Source: an uncultured delta proteobacterium (lineage in GTDB: Bacteria > Desulfobacterota > Binatia > Binatales > Binataceae). From it: 64,000 bases of DNA. The stretch is taken from the NCBI GenBank assembly GCA_963711565.1, contig CAVQEQ010000004.1, positions 480,001 to 544,000 of the forward strand. The letters run 5' to 3'. The position numbers and the translations under genes were made by a program. Under the pieces are notes generated by a model. The model was not told the DNA's origin. It did no database searches and worked only from the letters and a program-made list of their open reading frames with translations. Every line of letters begins with the position of its first letter. The stretch's first letter is position 1. This document shows positions 1 through 11,031 of this stretch, in pieces.

Positions 1-2135
<2,135 letters not shown>

Positions 2136-2156
2136 AAGTGGTGCTTGATCCCAGAA

Positions 2157-2197
2157 CCCTCACCTAACCTCTTCCATGAAATAACGGGCGAGGGACC
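2157..2197. repeat. REP-like repeat family B (CCCTCACC.TAACC.CT.CC...GGG.GAGGG)
   Basis: ccctcacctaacctcttcc...gggcgagggac resembles the copies at 33452-33492, 36654-36760 and 38096-38260. Confidence 0.55.
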
Positions 2198-2203
2198 TGA
2201 GTC

Positions 2204-2497
2204 ATGACGACTCAAAACAAATCGGGCCGCGCCAGGTTGCATCTGATCGTCGTCGGCCGGGTGCAGGGAGTTGGCTTTCGATTCTCGGCGTACGACGAGG
2301 CCAAAGAACTCGCACTTGCCGGATGGGTACGCAATATCGCGAGCGGCGAGGTCGAAATTATTGCGGAGGGCAGCCGAGAAAACTTGCAGATGCTGGCAGC
2401 ATGGGCACATCTGGGCCCGCCGTCAGCGCACGTAACCGCAGTACGCGAAGAGTGGGGCGATGTTACAGGGGAATTTTCCGAGTTCCGGATTCGCTGA
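2204..2497 (+). CDS. acyP: Acylphosphatase
   Basis: VGRVQGVGFR, GWVRN and GPP.A.V motifs; 97 aa. Confidence 0.95.
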   Translation: MTTQNKSGRARLHLIVVGRVQGVGFRFSAYDEAKELALAGWVRNIASGEVEIIAEGSRENLQMLAAWAHLGPPSAHVTAVREEWGDVTGEFSEFRIR

Positions 2498-2636
2498 TTT
2501 TGCCTCAAAAACGTGGCCCTTTAATGCTCCCTTTGGATTAGCTATGCTTTAAATCCGCGTGTTGGAGTATTTGCAGAGCTTCGGAATAGCGGAGTAATTT
2601 TCAATCAGGCTCTAACCACAAGGAGATTGGACTGAG

Positions 2637-4529
2637 ATGGCTGTACCACCTGAGGCGGCTGGGCAAGCTGCCGAGTCGCATGGTTCCGTGGGGTCAGCGC
2701 TTAAACCACATCTGAAGCGCGACCACGTCGTTATCCGTTTCGCGGGCGACTCTGGCGATGGGATGCAGTTGACGGGGATGCAGTTTACGGCCGAATCGGC
2801 GCTGGCCGGCAACGATATCGCGACACTGCCCGACTTTCCCGCTGAAATCCGCGCGCCGCAAGGCACGCTGGCCGGAGTCAGCGGCTTCCAGCTTAATTTT
2901 TCGAGCAGCGAAATTTTCACCGCCGGCGACGAGCCCAACGTGCTGGTTGCGATGAATCCCGCGGCGCTGCAGGCGAACATCGAGGATGTCCCGCCTAACG
3001 CCGTCATCATCGTGGATCGCGAAGCGTTCACCGAATCCAACGTCAAGCGCGCCGGTTACAAGAGCAATCCGCTCACCGACCATTCGCTCGACAAGTTCCA
3101 GGTGATCGAAGTCGACGTGACCAAGCTCACCTCGCTCGCCGTGCATGGGATGGGCCTGAACAATCGCGCAGTGTTCCGATGCCGCAACATGTTCGTGCTC
3201 GGGATGCTGTCGTGGCTGTATCAGCGGCCGATCGAGAGCACGCTCACCTACCTCGAAAGCCGCTTCAAGAAGACGCCGGAGGTTCTCGAGGCGAACATCA
3301 AGGTGCTCAAGGCCGGGTTCAACTACGGCGAGACGACCGAGATGTTCGCGAGTTCCTACGAAGTGCCGGCCGCGCGAATCTCGCCGGGACTCTATCGCAA
3401 CATCACGGGCAACAGTGCGACCGCGCTGGGATTCGTGGCCGCTGCCGTCAAGTCGGGACGTCCGCTATTCCTCGGCTCGTATCCGATCACGCCCGCCAGC
3501 GACATTCTGCACGAACTTTCAGGCTTCAAGAATTTCCCCGTTTATACTTTCCAGGCCGAGGACGAAATCGCCGGCGTGTGCGCGGCGATCGGTGCGTCCT
3601 TCGGCGGCTCGATCGCGATCACGACGACCTCTGGCCCCGGCATGAACCTGAAGGCCGAGGCGGTCGGGCTCGCGGTAAAGGTTGAGCTGCCGCTGGTGAT
3701 TACCGACATCCAGCGCGCGGGACCGTCCACTGGCATGCCGACCAAGCCCGAGCAGGCCGACTTGCTGCAGTCGATGTACGGACGGCATGGCGAGTCGCCG
3801 ATTCCGATTATCGCGGCGTCAACGCCCGCCGACTGTTTCGAGTGCGCATACGAGGCGGTGCGGATCGCAGTCAAGTACATGACGCCGGTGATCCTGCTCA
3901 CCGACGGCCAGCTTGCCAATGGCGCCGAGCCGTGGCTGCTGCCCGATGCGGACAAGCTCCCCGAGATCAAAGTCGAGTTCGCGACGAATCCCGAAGGCTT
4001 CTTACCTTACAATCGCGAACCGGAGACGCTTTCCCGTCCGTGGGCGGTGCCGGGGACCAAGGGCCTTGAGCATCGCGTGGGCGGCCTGTCGAGCGAGAAC
4101 CTGACCGGCAACGTCAGCTACTCGCCGGCTAACAACGAGCTGATGGTTCGCACGCGGGCGCGCAAAATTGCTGGCATCGCGCGCGAGATCCCGCCGACGC
4201 AAGTCTTCGGCGACGCCGACGGCGACCTGGTCGTGCTCGGATGGGGCTCGACCTACGGCCCGATTCGCGAAGCCGTCAAGCATGTTCGCGCGAAGGGCAA
4301 GAAAGTCTCGCACGTGCATCTGCGCTATCTGAATCCGCTTCCGCGCGACCTCGAAGAGACGCTCAAGCGTTTCAAGCAGGTCATGATCCCCGAAATGAAC
4401 ATGGGACAACTGCTCAAGATGATTCGCGCCGACTACCTGATCGACGCATTCGGGTTTAACAAAATCCAGGGCCGTCCGTTCAAAGTCAGCGAGATCGAAA
4501 ACCGCATCAACCGGGCCCTGGAGGGCTGA
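2637..4529 (+). CDS. korA: 2-oxoacid:ferredoxin oxidoreductase alpha subunit
   Basis: GDSGDGMQL.G, SYPITPAS, QAEDEI, TSGPG and QRAGPSTGMPT motifs; AGGAG RBS upstream; substrate not determinable. Confidence 0.9.
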   Translation: MAVPPEAAGQAAESHGSVGSALKPHLKRDHVVIRFAGDSGDGMQLTGMQFTAESALAGNDIATLPDFPAEIRAPQGTLAGVSGFQLNFSSSEIFTAGDEPNVLVAMNPAALQANIEDVPPNAVIIVDREAFTESNVKRAGYKSNPLTDHSLDKFQVIEVDVTKLTSLAVHGMGLNNRAVFRCRNMFVLGMLSWLYQRPIESTLTYLESRFKKTPEVLEANIKVLKAGFNYGETTEMFASSYEVPAARISPGLYRNITGNSATALGFVAAAVKSGRPLFLGSYPITPASDILHELSGFKNFPVYTFQAEDEIAGVCAAIGASFGGSIAITTTSGPGMNLKAEAVGLAVKVELPLVITDIQRAGPSTGMPTKPEQADLLQSMYGRHGESPIPIIAASTPADCFECAYEAVRIAVKYMTPVILLTDGQLANGAEPWLLPDADKLPEIKVEFATNPEGFLPYNREPETLSRPWAVPGTKGLEHRVGGLSSENLTGNVSYSPANNELMVRTRARKIAGIAREIPPTQVFGDADGDLVVLGWGSTYGPIREAVKHVRAKGKKVSHVHLRYLNPLPRDLEETLKRFKQVMIPEMNMGQLLKMIRADYLIDAFGFNKIQGRPFKVSEIENRINRALEG

Positions 4530-4534
4530 TCGAA

Positions 4535-5533
4535 ATGGCTACCGCTCTTAACCGCAAGGATTTCGTCTCCGACCAGGAAGTTCGCTGGTGCCCCGGATGC
4601 GGTGATTACGCAATCCTGGCCGCAGTGCAGAAGACGATGCCCGAATTCGGCATCGCACCCGAGAACACAGTCTTCATCTCCGGCATCGGATGCTCGAGCC
4701 GGTTCCCCTATTACATGAACACCTACGGCTTTCACACGATTCACGGCCGCGCGCCGGCGTTCGCGACGGGGCTGAAGGTTTCGCGGCCCGATCTCGACGT
4801 ATGGGTGGTGACCGGTGACGGCGACGGGCTGTCGATCGGCGGCAATCACTTGATCCACGTGCTCAGGCGCAACGTCGATCTGAAGATTCTGCTGTTCAAC
4901 AACAAAATCTACGGACTCACCAAGGGCCAGTACTCGCCGACTTCGGAAGTCGGCAAGGTCACCAAGTCCACGCCGGCCGGCTCGGTCGATTTTCCCTTCA
5001 ATCCGATCACGGTGGCGCTCGGCACGCACGCGACTTTCGTTGCGCGCACAATCGACGTCGAGCAGAAGCATCTCGGCGAGATGCTCAAGCGCGCCCATGC
5101 GCATCGCGGCGCGTCGTTCATCGAGATCCTGCAGAACTGCAACATCTTCAACGACGGCGCTTTCAACAACGTCAGCGACAAGGCCCTCAAGGCCGACCAT
5201 CAGCTGGTGCTCGAGCATGGCAAGCCCCTTATCTTCGGCAAGAATCGCGACATGGGAATCAAGATGAACGGGATGCGTCCCGAGGTGGTCCAGCTCGGCG
5301 CGGGCGTCACCGAGGCGGACCTCGTCGTGCACGACGAGACCAATCTCTCGCTGGCATTCATGCTCGGCAACTTCGAGCCCCCGCTGCCAACGCCGGTGGG
5401 CGTCTTCTACGCAGTCGCGCGCCCGACCTACGACGGCGCCGTCAACAAGCAGCTCGAAGACGCGAAAGCCAAGCAGGGCGCTGGCGACCTGAAGACTCTG
5501 CTAGGCAAGGGCGATACCTGGACCGTGAGCTAA
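4535..5533 (+). CDS. korB: 2-oxoacid:ferredoxin oxidoreductase beta subunit
   Basis: WCPGCGD, SGIGCSSR, HGRA and GDGD...NN.IYGLTKGQ ThDP motif; 5 nt after the alpha subunit. Confidence 0.92.
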   Translation: MATALNRKDFVSDQEVRWCPGCGDYAILAAVQKTMPEFGIAPENTVFISGIGCSSRFPYYMNTYGFHTIHGRAPAFATGLKVSRPDLDVWVVTGDGDGLSIGGNHLIHVLRRNVDLKILLFNNKIYGLTKGQYSPTSEVGKVTKSTPAGSVDFPFNPITVALGTHATFVARTIDVEQKHLGEMLKRAHAHRGASFIEILQNCNIFNDGAFNNVSDKALKADHQLVLEHGKPLIFGKNRDMGIKMNGMRPEVVQLGAGVTEADLVVHDETNLSLAFMLGNFEPPLPTPVGVFYAVARPTYDGAVNKQLEDAKAKQGAGDLKTLLGKGDTWTVS

Positions 5534-5558
5534 ACGCCGAATCCAACTAACGAAAGGA

Positions 5559-5599
5559 AGAGGGCCCGTGAGCAAATCTCGCGGGCCTTTTTCATTTTT
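5559..5599 (+). terminator. Intrinsic terminator after korB, probably bidirectional
   Basis: Stem AGGGCCCGTGAG / CTCGCGGGCCTT followed by TTTCATTTTT, between convergent genes. Confidence 0.85.
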
Positions 5600-5602
5600 G
5601 GT

Positions 5603-6010
5603 TTATCGATTCGCGACTTGGTTCAACAATTTCTTCGATGCGGACCTGCGCCACGCGTTGCCGAAGATTCTCTTCACCTCGTCGGGATGCACCTTCGGCA
5701 GCCGCACCAGCACCATCGGGTAGTTGCGATAGTGCTCGGTGAAGTAGAACGTCTCGGGCTCGCCTTCGACCAACATCTCACGCTCGCCGAATTCCATCCG
5801 AATCGCGAGCGACTCGCCGTCTTCCTTCATTCGGCAGATGAGTTTCTTGCTCACTCGATACCCGAGCGTGCCGTAGGAAGTCCCTTCCTCGACGCCGGGG
5901 AAGCTGAGCGCGATCCGCCGCAATGTTTCGATGTCGGTCGAGAAAGTCTGGCGCGCCGGCTTCAGGTTCGACGATTTCCGCGACGCGCCTTTTACCGCGG
6001 CAGCTCGCAC
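5603..6010 (-). CDS. MmcQ/YjbR-family protein (start uncertain, GTG 6010 chosen)
   Basis: C-terminal part of ORF 5603..6616: LRRIALSFPGVEEGTSYG...PETFYFTEHYRNYPMVLVRL; the upstream part of that ORF overlaps the amidohydrolase. Confidence 0.8.
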   Translation of the reverse strand: MRAAAVKGASRKSSNLKPARQTFSTDIETLRRIALSFPGVEEGTSYGTLGYRVSKKLICRMKEDGESLAIRMEFGEREMLVEGEPETFYFTEHYRNYPMVLVRLPKVHPDEVKRIFGNAWRRSASKKLLNQVANR

Positions 6011-7164
6011 TTGTAAACCTTCATCACGTTCTCGCCCATTACTTTCGCGCGCGCCGTCGCCGGCAGCTTGTGCGCCAGCTCCTCGACTTCCTCGATGTAG
6101 TTGCCGACGTGATCGGGATGCGGAAAGTCCGACGCCCAGAAAAATTTGTCGGCGCCGCACAGCTCGACCATCGCGGGCAGCGATCGCTCGTCCGGGTCCG
6201 CCGAAATCCAGCAGTTGCGCTTGAAGTAGAAACTCGGCTTCTCCTTGAGCGACACCGTGCGGCCCATCGCGCTCGCATAGACGGCGTCGAGCCGCCCCAG
6301 CCAGTAATCGATCCATCCCGCGCCCGCTTCGAGCAGCACCAGCCGCATCTTCGGAAATTTGTCGAAGGTGGCGTATTGGAAGAAGCTGGTGAACGCATGC
6401 CGAATCGCGTCGGCCGCGACGATGTTCAAAAAATAATAATTCCCGCGCATGAATTTGCGATCGTAACGACCCGGCGCCGCCCACACCGGTTCGAGCGACG
6501 GATGAATTCCAATCGGGACGTCGAGTTCCTGCGCCTTGGCGAATAGCACATCGTGATCGGGATGCGCATGAGGTTTGCGCGTCATCACGAATTGCGCGAC
6601 CCATCCGCCTTTGCATCCAGCCTTGACCGCGCGTTCGAGCTCGATCGCCGCTGCCGCCGGATCGCCGAGCGACAGATGCGCAATCGGGATCAGCTTGCCA
6701 CCGCTCTCAGAGCAGAAGTCCACGATGTACCGGTTGTAGGCGCGCGTGCACGCCTGCGCGAGCTCGGCGTCTTCGGTCTCGGTCTCCCATAGCAGGCTCA
6801 TCGTCGGATAGAGAAACGCGGCGGCGAGACCTTCAGCCTCGATTCGCTTGAGCCGTTCCATCGCGTCCATCGCGCCGAACGGAGCGAAGCCACCGTAAGT
6901 GGGAGGCGCGTCCCATTTGTCGTCGCGCGTCGTGCCCATCGCGGAGAGCGCGCCGAGGCGCCCGCCGCTGAAAACCTTCGACGGACGCCCCGCGACTTCC
7001 AGGTATTCGAGTCCCTTGTCATCGACGCGAACTCTGACGGCGCGGTCCTTGTACTTCGCTTCGATATAGCGGTCCCACAGGCCGGCGTCCTCGAGGATAT
7101 GCCCGTCGGCATCGACGGCGCCGGTGAAGGTCAGTTTCTGGATTCCATCGAGAGCATTCGACAT
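5992..7164 (-). CDS. Amidohydrolase_2 family metal-dependent hydrolase/decarboxylase
   Basis: DADGH, LYPT, AYNR, IGIHP, LEAGAGW and WASDFPHPD motifs. Confidence 0.9.
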   Translation of the reverse strand: MSNALDGIQKLTFTGAVDADGHILEDAGLWDRYIEAKYKDRAVRVRVDDKGLEYLEVAGRPSKVFSGGRLGALSAMGTTRDDKWDAPPTYGGFAPFGAMDAMERLKRIEAEGLAAAFLYPTMSLLWETETEDAELAQACTRAYNRYIVDFCSESGGKLIPIAHLSLGDPAAAAIELERAVKAGCKGGWVAQFVMTRKPHAHPDHDVLFAKAQELDVPIGIHPSLEPVWAAPGRYDRKFMRGNYYFLNIVAADAIRHAFTSFFQYATFDKFPKMRLVLLEAGAGWIDYWLGRLDAVYASAMGRTVSLKEKPSFYFKRNCWISADPDERSLPAMVELCGADKFFWASDFPHPDHVGNYIEEVEELAHKLPATARAKVMGENVMKVYKCELPR

Positions 7165-7284
7165 CGGTGATAGCTCCGCATGCGCACGAGATTTCTCATT
7201 TATAGTTCACGCAGCGATGCGCGCAAAGCCAAAGCGGACCAGCAACAACGTCGCCAACCACGGAGGACGGCTTACCGCAGTTTC

Positions 7285-7311
7285 AACACTGGGTGCAGGG
7301 GTCACCCCTGC
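7285..7311 (-). repeat. Repeat family A, half copy (hairpin 2 plus tail)
   Basis: Reverse complement GCAGGGGTGACCCCTGCACCCAGTGTT overlaps the TAG stop of the DUF1329 gene. Confidence 0.9.
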
Positions 7312-8633
7312 TAATGCGCCGCGTTGGACATCGTCGCGGGGTTGAAAAAATTGTCCGTCGCGATTCCCATGTTGATGTACCAGCTCTCGTGCTCGTCGGT
7401 CTCGACTCCGGGCGACAGCACCACGGTCGAGAAGCCGGTGGTGACGTCCTCGTCGACCAGCGCCGTCTGGAACATCCGCTTGAACGGCCAGATCGCGACG
7501 CGCGCATCCGGAATCGGCCGGTCGCGATAGGCGTTGAACGTCGCGATCGTCTTCCACAGCTTGCCGTCGCGATCGTATTGATCCGACGCCGTGATGAACC
7601 ATCCTTCCGAGTCGATATAAAAGATCCGCTTCGGAATCGAAAGTGTGGTGCCGATCATCGAACTCGGTTTCGCGTCCGCCTCGATTACGAAAAGCCGCCG
7701 CATCTCCCAGTTCTCGGGGCAGATCGTTCGTCCGCCGTCCGTCGGGCACGCCTTGGCCGGCGAGTTCTCTCCATTCACCACGGCGAGCATCGGCTTCTCG
7801 CCGAGGAATTTGTAATCGAAATCCTCGATCTTCGCGGCGAAGCCAAAAAACGAATCGGGATCGAGATTGCTCGCGTAGGTCGCCGCCCCTGCTCCCGCCC
7901 CCGCGCCCGGTTGGTAAATACCGAGGACATCCGAGAGCTCGCTGGCCGAAGCGCGGATCGTATGCCGCGTGCGCGGATTCATCATCCAGCTATTGTCCTC
8001 GATCTTCGGATCGAGGCTGCGGTAGCGGATAAATCCGAATCCGCGCATCTCCGACGGTTCCAGAAACGGATACGCGCCGAAGCGGTAGCGGATCCCCGCC
8101 CTCGTCGCCTCTGGATCGGTCGGGATCGGATTCACCTCGGTTCGCCCGGTGTTGTTGTAAAATCCCACGTTGCCGATCGTGAAATGCTCGACCGGATCGG
8201 AAGGCGTCGAGCCGGGCCGGTAGCTCGCGATCTCGACGTTCTTCGATATCGCGTCGTCGGTGTAGAGCGGCCGGTAGCTGAAATTCCACATCACCTTCAG
8301 CGCCGCCTGCGGATCGTTCGCATCGACCAGCGGGAACGGCAGCCCGGCCGAATAGCCCTTCAATGTGCCATCGGGCGCGAGACTCACCTGCGGCGAATAT
8401 TTCTCGGTCGCCGATTTGTACGGCGGCGGCCACTCGAGGCGGTCCGTCGGCACGATCGTCATCGTCATGCCCTGCTTCACCAGAATCAGATTTCCCGGAC
8501 TGACAAGGTCGGCAACCTTGTCGGCGTTATCCTTGGTGATAGTGTCTCCGGGATTCACGCCGGCGAATGGCGATCCGGCGAGCGACAAAACCGCAATTGC
8601 AGCCAGCGCAACAACTTCAAGCTTTACTTTCAT
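7311..8633 (-). CDS. DUF1329-family secreted/periplasmic protein (LolA-like sorting fold family)
   Basis: Signal peptide; PG..IT..N, GLPFP...P.A..K.MWN, WE.R..FVIEA, KR.FYID.E.W and YDRDGKLWK signatures. Confidence 0.85.
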   Translation of the reverse strand: MKVKLEVVALAAIAVLSLAGSPFAGVNPGDTITKDNADKVADLVSPGNLILVKQGMTMTIVPTDRLEWPPPYKSATEKYSPQVSLAPDGTLKGYSAGLPFPLVDANDPQAALKVMWNFSYRPLYTDDAISKNVEIASYRPGSTPSDPVEHFTIGNVGFYNNTGRTEVNPIPTDPEATRAGIRYRFGAYPFLEPSEMRGFGFIRYRSLDPKIEDNSWMMNPRTRHTIRASASELSDVLGIYQPGAGAGAGAATYASNLDPDSFFGFAAKIEDFDYKFLGEKPMLAVVNGENSPAKACPTDGGRTICPENWEMRRLFVIEADAKPSSMIGTTLSIPKRIFYIDSEGWFITASDQYDRDGKLWKTIATFNAYRDRPIPDARVAIWPFKRMFQTALVDEDVTTGFSTVVLSPGVETDEHESWYINMGIATDNFFNPATMSNAAH

Positions 8634-8669
8634 TTTGGCACCCGACCTCGCTTCGAAAAATTTGTGCGG

Positions 8670-9407
8670 CTAGAAGCTGACGCGTTTGAACCGGCTTTCG
8701 GGAATCAGACGGATTGCGCCCATGATCAAGCGCCAGAACCACGGCACATATACGACTTCGGCGCGTTTGCGATACGCCGCGTAAATCAGGTCGGCGGCTT
8801 TGGTCGGCGCAATCGTCAGCAGCGCACCCTCGCGGCCCCAGGTCATGCGCGTATCGACCGTGCCGAGCTTCACCGTCATCACATGCACGTCGCTGGCCGC
8901 GAGCCGCCCGCGCAAGCCTTGCGTAAAAGTAGCGAGCGCGCCCTTGGCCGAACCGTACACGTAATTCTTCTTGCGCCCGCGCTCGCCGGCGACCGATCCG
9001 ATCACGATGATAAAGCCCGACCGTTGTTGTTCGAGATGGCGCGCGGCGAGCGTGATCAACGACACGGCGCCGGTGAAGTTCTGATTGATCGTCGCGAGCG
9101 CGTCTGTCGGGTCGGTCTGCGCGGCGTCTTCGTCGCCGAGCGTGCCGAAGCATACGACGACGCCGTCGAGTCCGCCGAGCGTTGTCGCGACGTGGCGGAT
9201 AAACTCGTCATGCGCCGCGAAGTCCGCCGCGTCGAAGGTCCCGGAAAGTGCGCTCACGCCCGCTCGAGCACCAACGTCTTCCGCAACGCGGCGAGCCTCG
9301 TCGGCGTCGCGAGCGGCCAGGTACAAATGGGCGCCGTCGGACGCGAACCGGATCGCGAGTGCGCGTGCGATCGGACTGGTGGCGCCAAGGATCAGGACTC
9401 TATTCAT
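8670..9407 (-). CDS. dprE2: DprE2-like SDR (polyprenyl-phospho-ketopentose reductase family)
   Basis: Start MNRVLILGATSPIARA at 9407; GSVAGERGRKKNYVYGSAKG, V.TRMT and VYVP.FWRLIM motifs; directly downstream of the dprE1-like gene. Confidence 0.8.
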   Translation of the reverse strand: MNRVLILGATSPIARALAIRFASDGAHLYLAARDADEARRVAEDVGARAGVSALSGTFDAADFAAHDEFIRHVATTLGGLDGVVVCFGTLGDEDAAQTDPTDALATINQNFTGAVSLITLAARHLEQQRSGFIIVIGSVAGERGRKKNYVYGSAKGALATFTQGLRGRLAASDVHVMTVKLGTVDTRMTWGREGALLTIAPTKAADLIYAAYRKRAEVVYVPWFWRLIMGAIRLIPESRFKRVSF

Positions 9408-9430
9408 CTTTCCTGTAAGCGGGACGGAAT

Positions 9431-10810
9431 TTATTCCGTCATCCCGAGCCTGCGCGACAGGCTCGACGAGAAGCGGTTGCCGGGATCGGCGAGTGTCTTC
9501 GCCGTCTGCCACCTGTTGAGATTCGGATACATCGCGCGAAACGTCTCGGCCGACATGCGCGCGTCCTTGGCCAGGTACACCCGCCCGCCGCGCTTCAGCA
9601 CCATCGCGTCGAGCGTATCGAGAAATTCCAGCAGCCCGTCCGTCACCGGGAAGTCGAGCGCGAGCGTGTAGCCGGGCATCGGGAACGAAAGCAGGCCGTC
9701 CTGCGCGCCGAACTTCTTGAGCACCGCGAGAAACGATCCGCGCCCGCTCCGCGAGATCGCCTCGAGCACCTCGACCAGCCCCGCGCGGCTCTCGTCGGGC
9801 GGCCACACGCATTGATACTGGACGAAGCCGCGGCGGCCGTAGATTCGATTCCAGTTGCGGATCGAATCGAGCGGATAGAAAAAACTCTCCCAGTCGAAGA
9901 TAGTGTGCGCCGCCCTGTCGCGATTGAACGCCCAGATGACAGCGTTGAACGCCCTGATGCTCAGCGAGTTCAGCGTAAAGCCCGGAAGATCGAACGGCAC
10001 GATCGGGCTGAGCTTCGGCATCGTGCTCAGCGGATTCTGCGCGAGATTTGGCGGCAATCGCTCGAGCGTCGCAAAATTGCCGACGTTGAGCACCGAGCGT
10101 CCCAGAGCGGATTTGCCGCTGTTGCAATCGATCCACGCAACCGAATAACCGTACTGCGCGTCGGTGCGCTCGAAGGCCTCGATCGCGGCATCGATATTAC
10201 GCGCGCGGATCGACTCGCCATCGAGATAAGCGCTTTCGACCCGCCGCATCCGGAGTTCAAGCTCGAGAATCACGCCGGTGAGGCCCATCCCGCCGACCGT
10301 CGCCCAGAAAAACGCGGCGTTCTCTTCGCGCGAGCATCTCAGCACCTCGCCCGACGCGATCATCAGATCGAACCACGTCACATGCGCGGCCAACGAAGAG
10401 TCGCGATGATGATTCTTGCCGTGAACGTCAGCCGCTACGGATCCGCCAAGCGTGACGAAGCGCGTGCCGGGAGTGACCGGCGGAAAAAACCCGCGCGGCA
10501 GAAACACGTCGATCAGCTCGGCGATAGTAACCCCAGCCTCGCACCGCAGCAGCCCCGAGGTGGCATCGAACGCCAGTATCCGATTCAGCCGCGTCAAATC
10601 GACCACGCGATTCTGATCGTTAAGCGCCGCATCGCCATAAGCCCGTCCCGCCCCCCGCGCAATGAGCGACGATGTATTCGCGGTAACAACCGCCGCCAGC
10701 TCTGCGATTCGATCGGGCCGATAAACATCGCTCTCAGAAAGCGGATATCGCCCCCACCCGGTGAGCAAGGCATGCCGAGGATTCGGCGCGGAGTTCGTGG
10801 TCGTCGTCAT
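9431..10810 (-). CDS. dprE1: DprE1-like FAD oxidoreductase (polyprenyl-phospho-ribose 2'-oxidase family)
   Basis: GWGR, ARGAGRAYGDAALN, VTPGTRFVTLGG..AADVHGKNHH, FFYPLD, YG..GFVQYQ, GYTLALDF and GGRVYLAKD motifs; start ATG 10810. Confidence 0.88.
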   Translation of the reverse strand: MTTTTNSAPNPRHALLTGWGRYPLSESDVYRPDRIAELAAVVTANTSSLIARGAGRAYGDAALNDQNRVVDLTRLNRILAFDATSGLLRCEAGVTIAELIDVFLPRGFFPPVTPGTRFVTLGGSVAADVHGKNHHRDSSLAAHVTWFDLMIASGEVLRCSREENAAFFWATVGGMGLTGVILELELRMRRVESAYLDGESIRARNIDAAIEAFERTDAQYGYSVAWIDCNSGKSALGRSVLNVGNFATLERLPPNLAQNPLSTMPKLSPIVPFDLPGFTLNSLSIRAFNAVIWAFNRDRAAHTIFDWESFFYPLDSIRNWNRIYGRRGFVQYQCVWPPDESRAGLVEVLEAISRSGRGSFLAVLKKFGAQDGLLSFPMPGYTLALDFPVTDGLLEFLDTLDAMVLKRGGRVYLAKDARMSAETFRAMYPNLNRWQTAKTLADPGNRFSSSLSRRLGMTE

Positions 10811-10922
10811 AGCGAAAAGATCGCAGCTGGCATTGAAGCTAACAGGAAGAACACAACTGAGAAACGCCCGCAAGAGTGAGTGGCGCGCGCGTTGCGGAGA
10901 GCCCAAGGGAGAACTTAATCGT

Positions 10923-10982
10923 ATGCGAAACCCGCCGTGGGTTTCGCGCATCCTTGGGCAGGGGTGACCCCTGCACCCAGTG
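10923..10982 (+). repeat. Repeat family A, full copy
   Basis: ATGCGAAACCCGCCGTGGGTTTCGCGCATCCTTGGGCAGGGGTGACCCCTGCACCCAGTG. Confidence 0.9.
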
Positions 10983-11031
10983 ACGAATGACTTCTGTCAC
11001 GCGCTGGTGTATCTCTCTCGACTTGCTCCTC

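Noticed and set aside
7293-9671. 792-aa plus-strand ORF and many other long alternative-frame ORFs (for example 102..965, 57440..59149, 61305..62747, 41861..43324)
   Set aside because: They are antisense or off-frame shadows of well-supported genes. High GC3 suppresses stop codons, and the translations are Arg/Ala-rich with no motifs.
8670-10136. Apparent 488-aa DprE2 fusion; similar N-terminal extensions on 5603..6616, 15533..16870, 20599..22086, 27606..29234 and 55773..57701
   Set aside because: The extensions overlap neighbouring real genes in another frame. Family-typical starts exist downstream, most with an RBS or coupling overlap, so these are not fusions or frameshifts.
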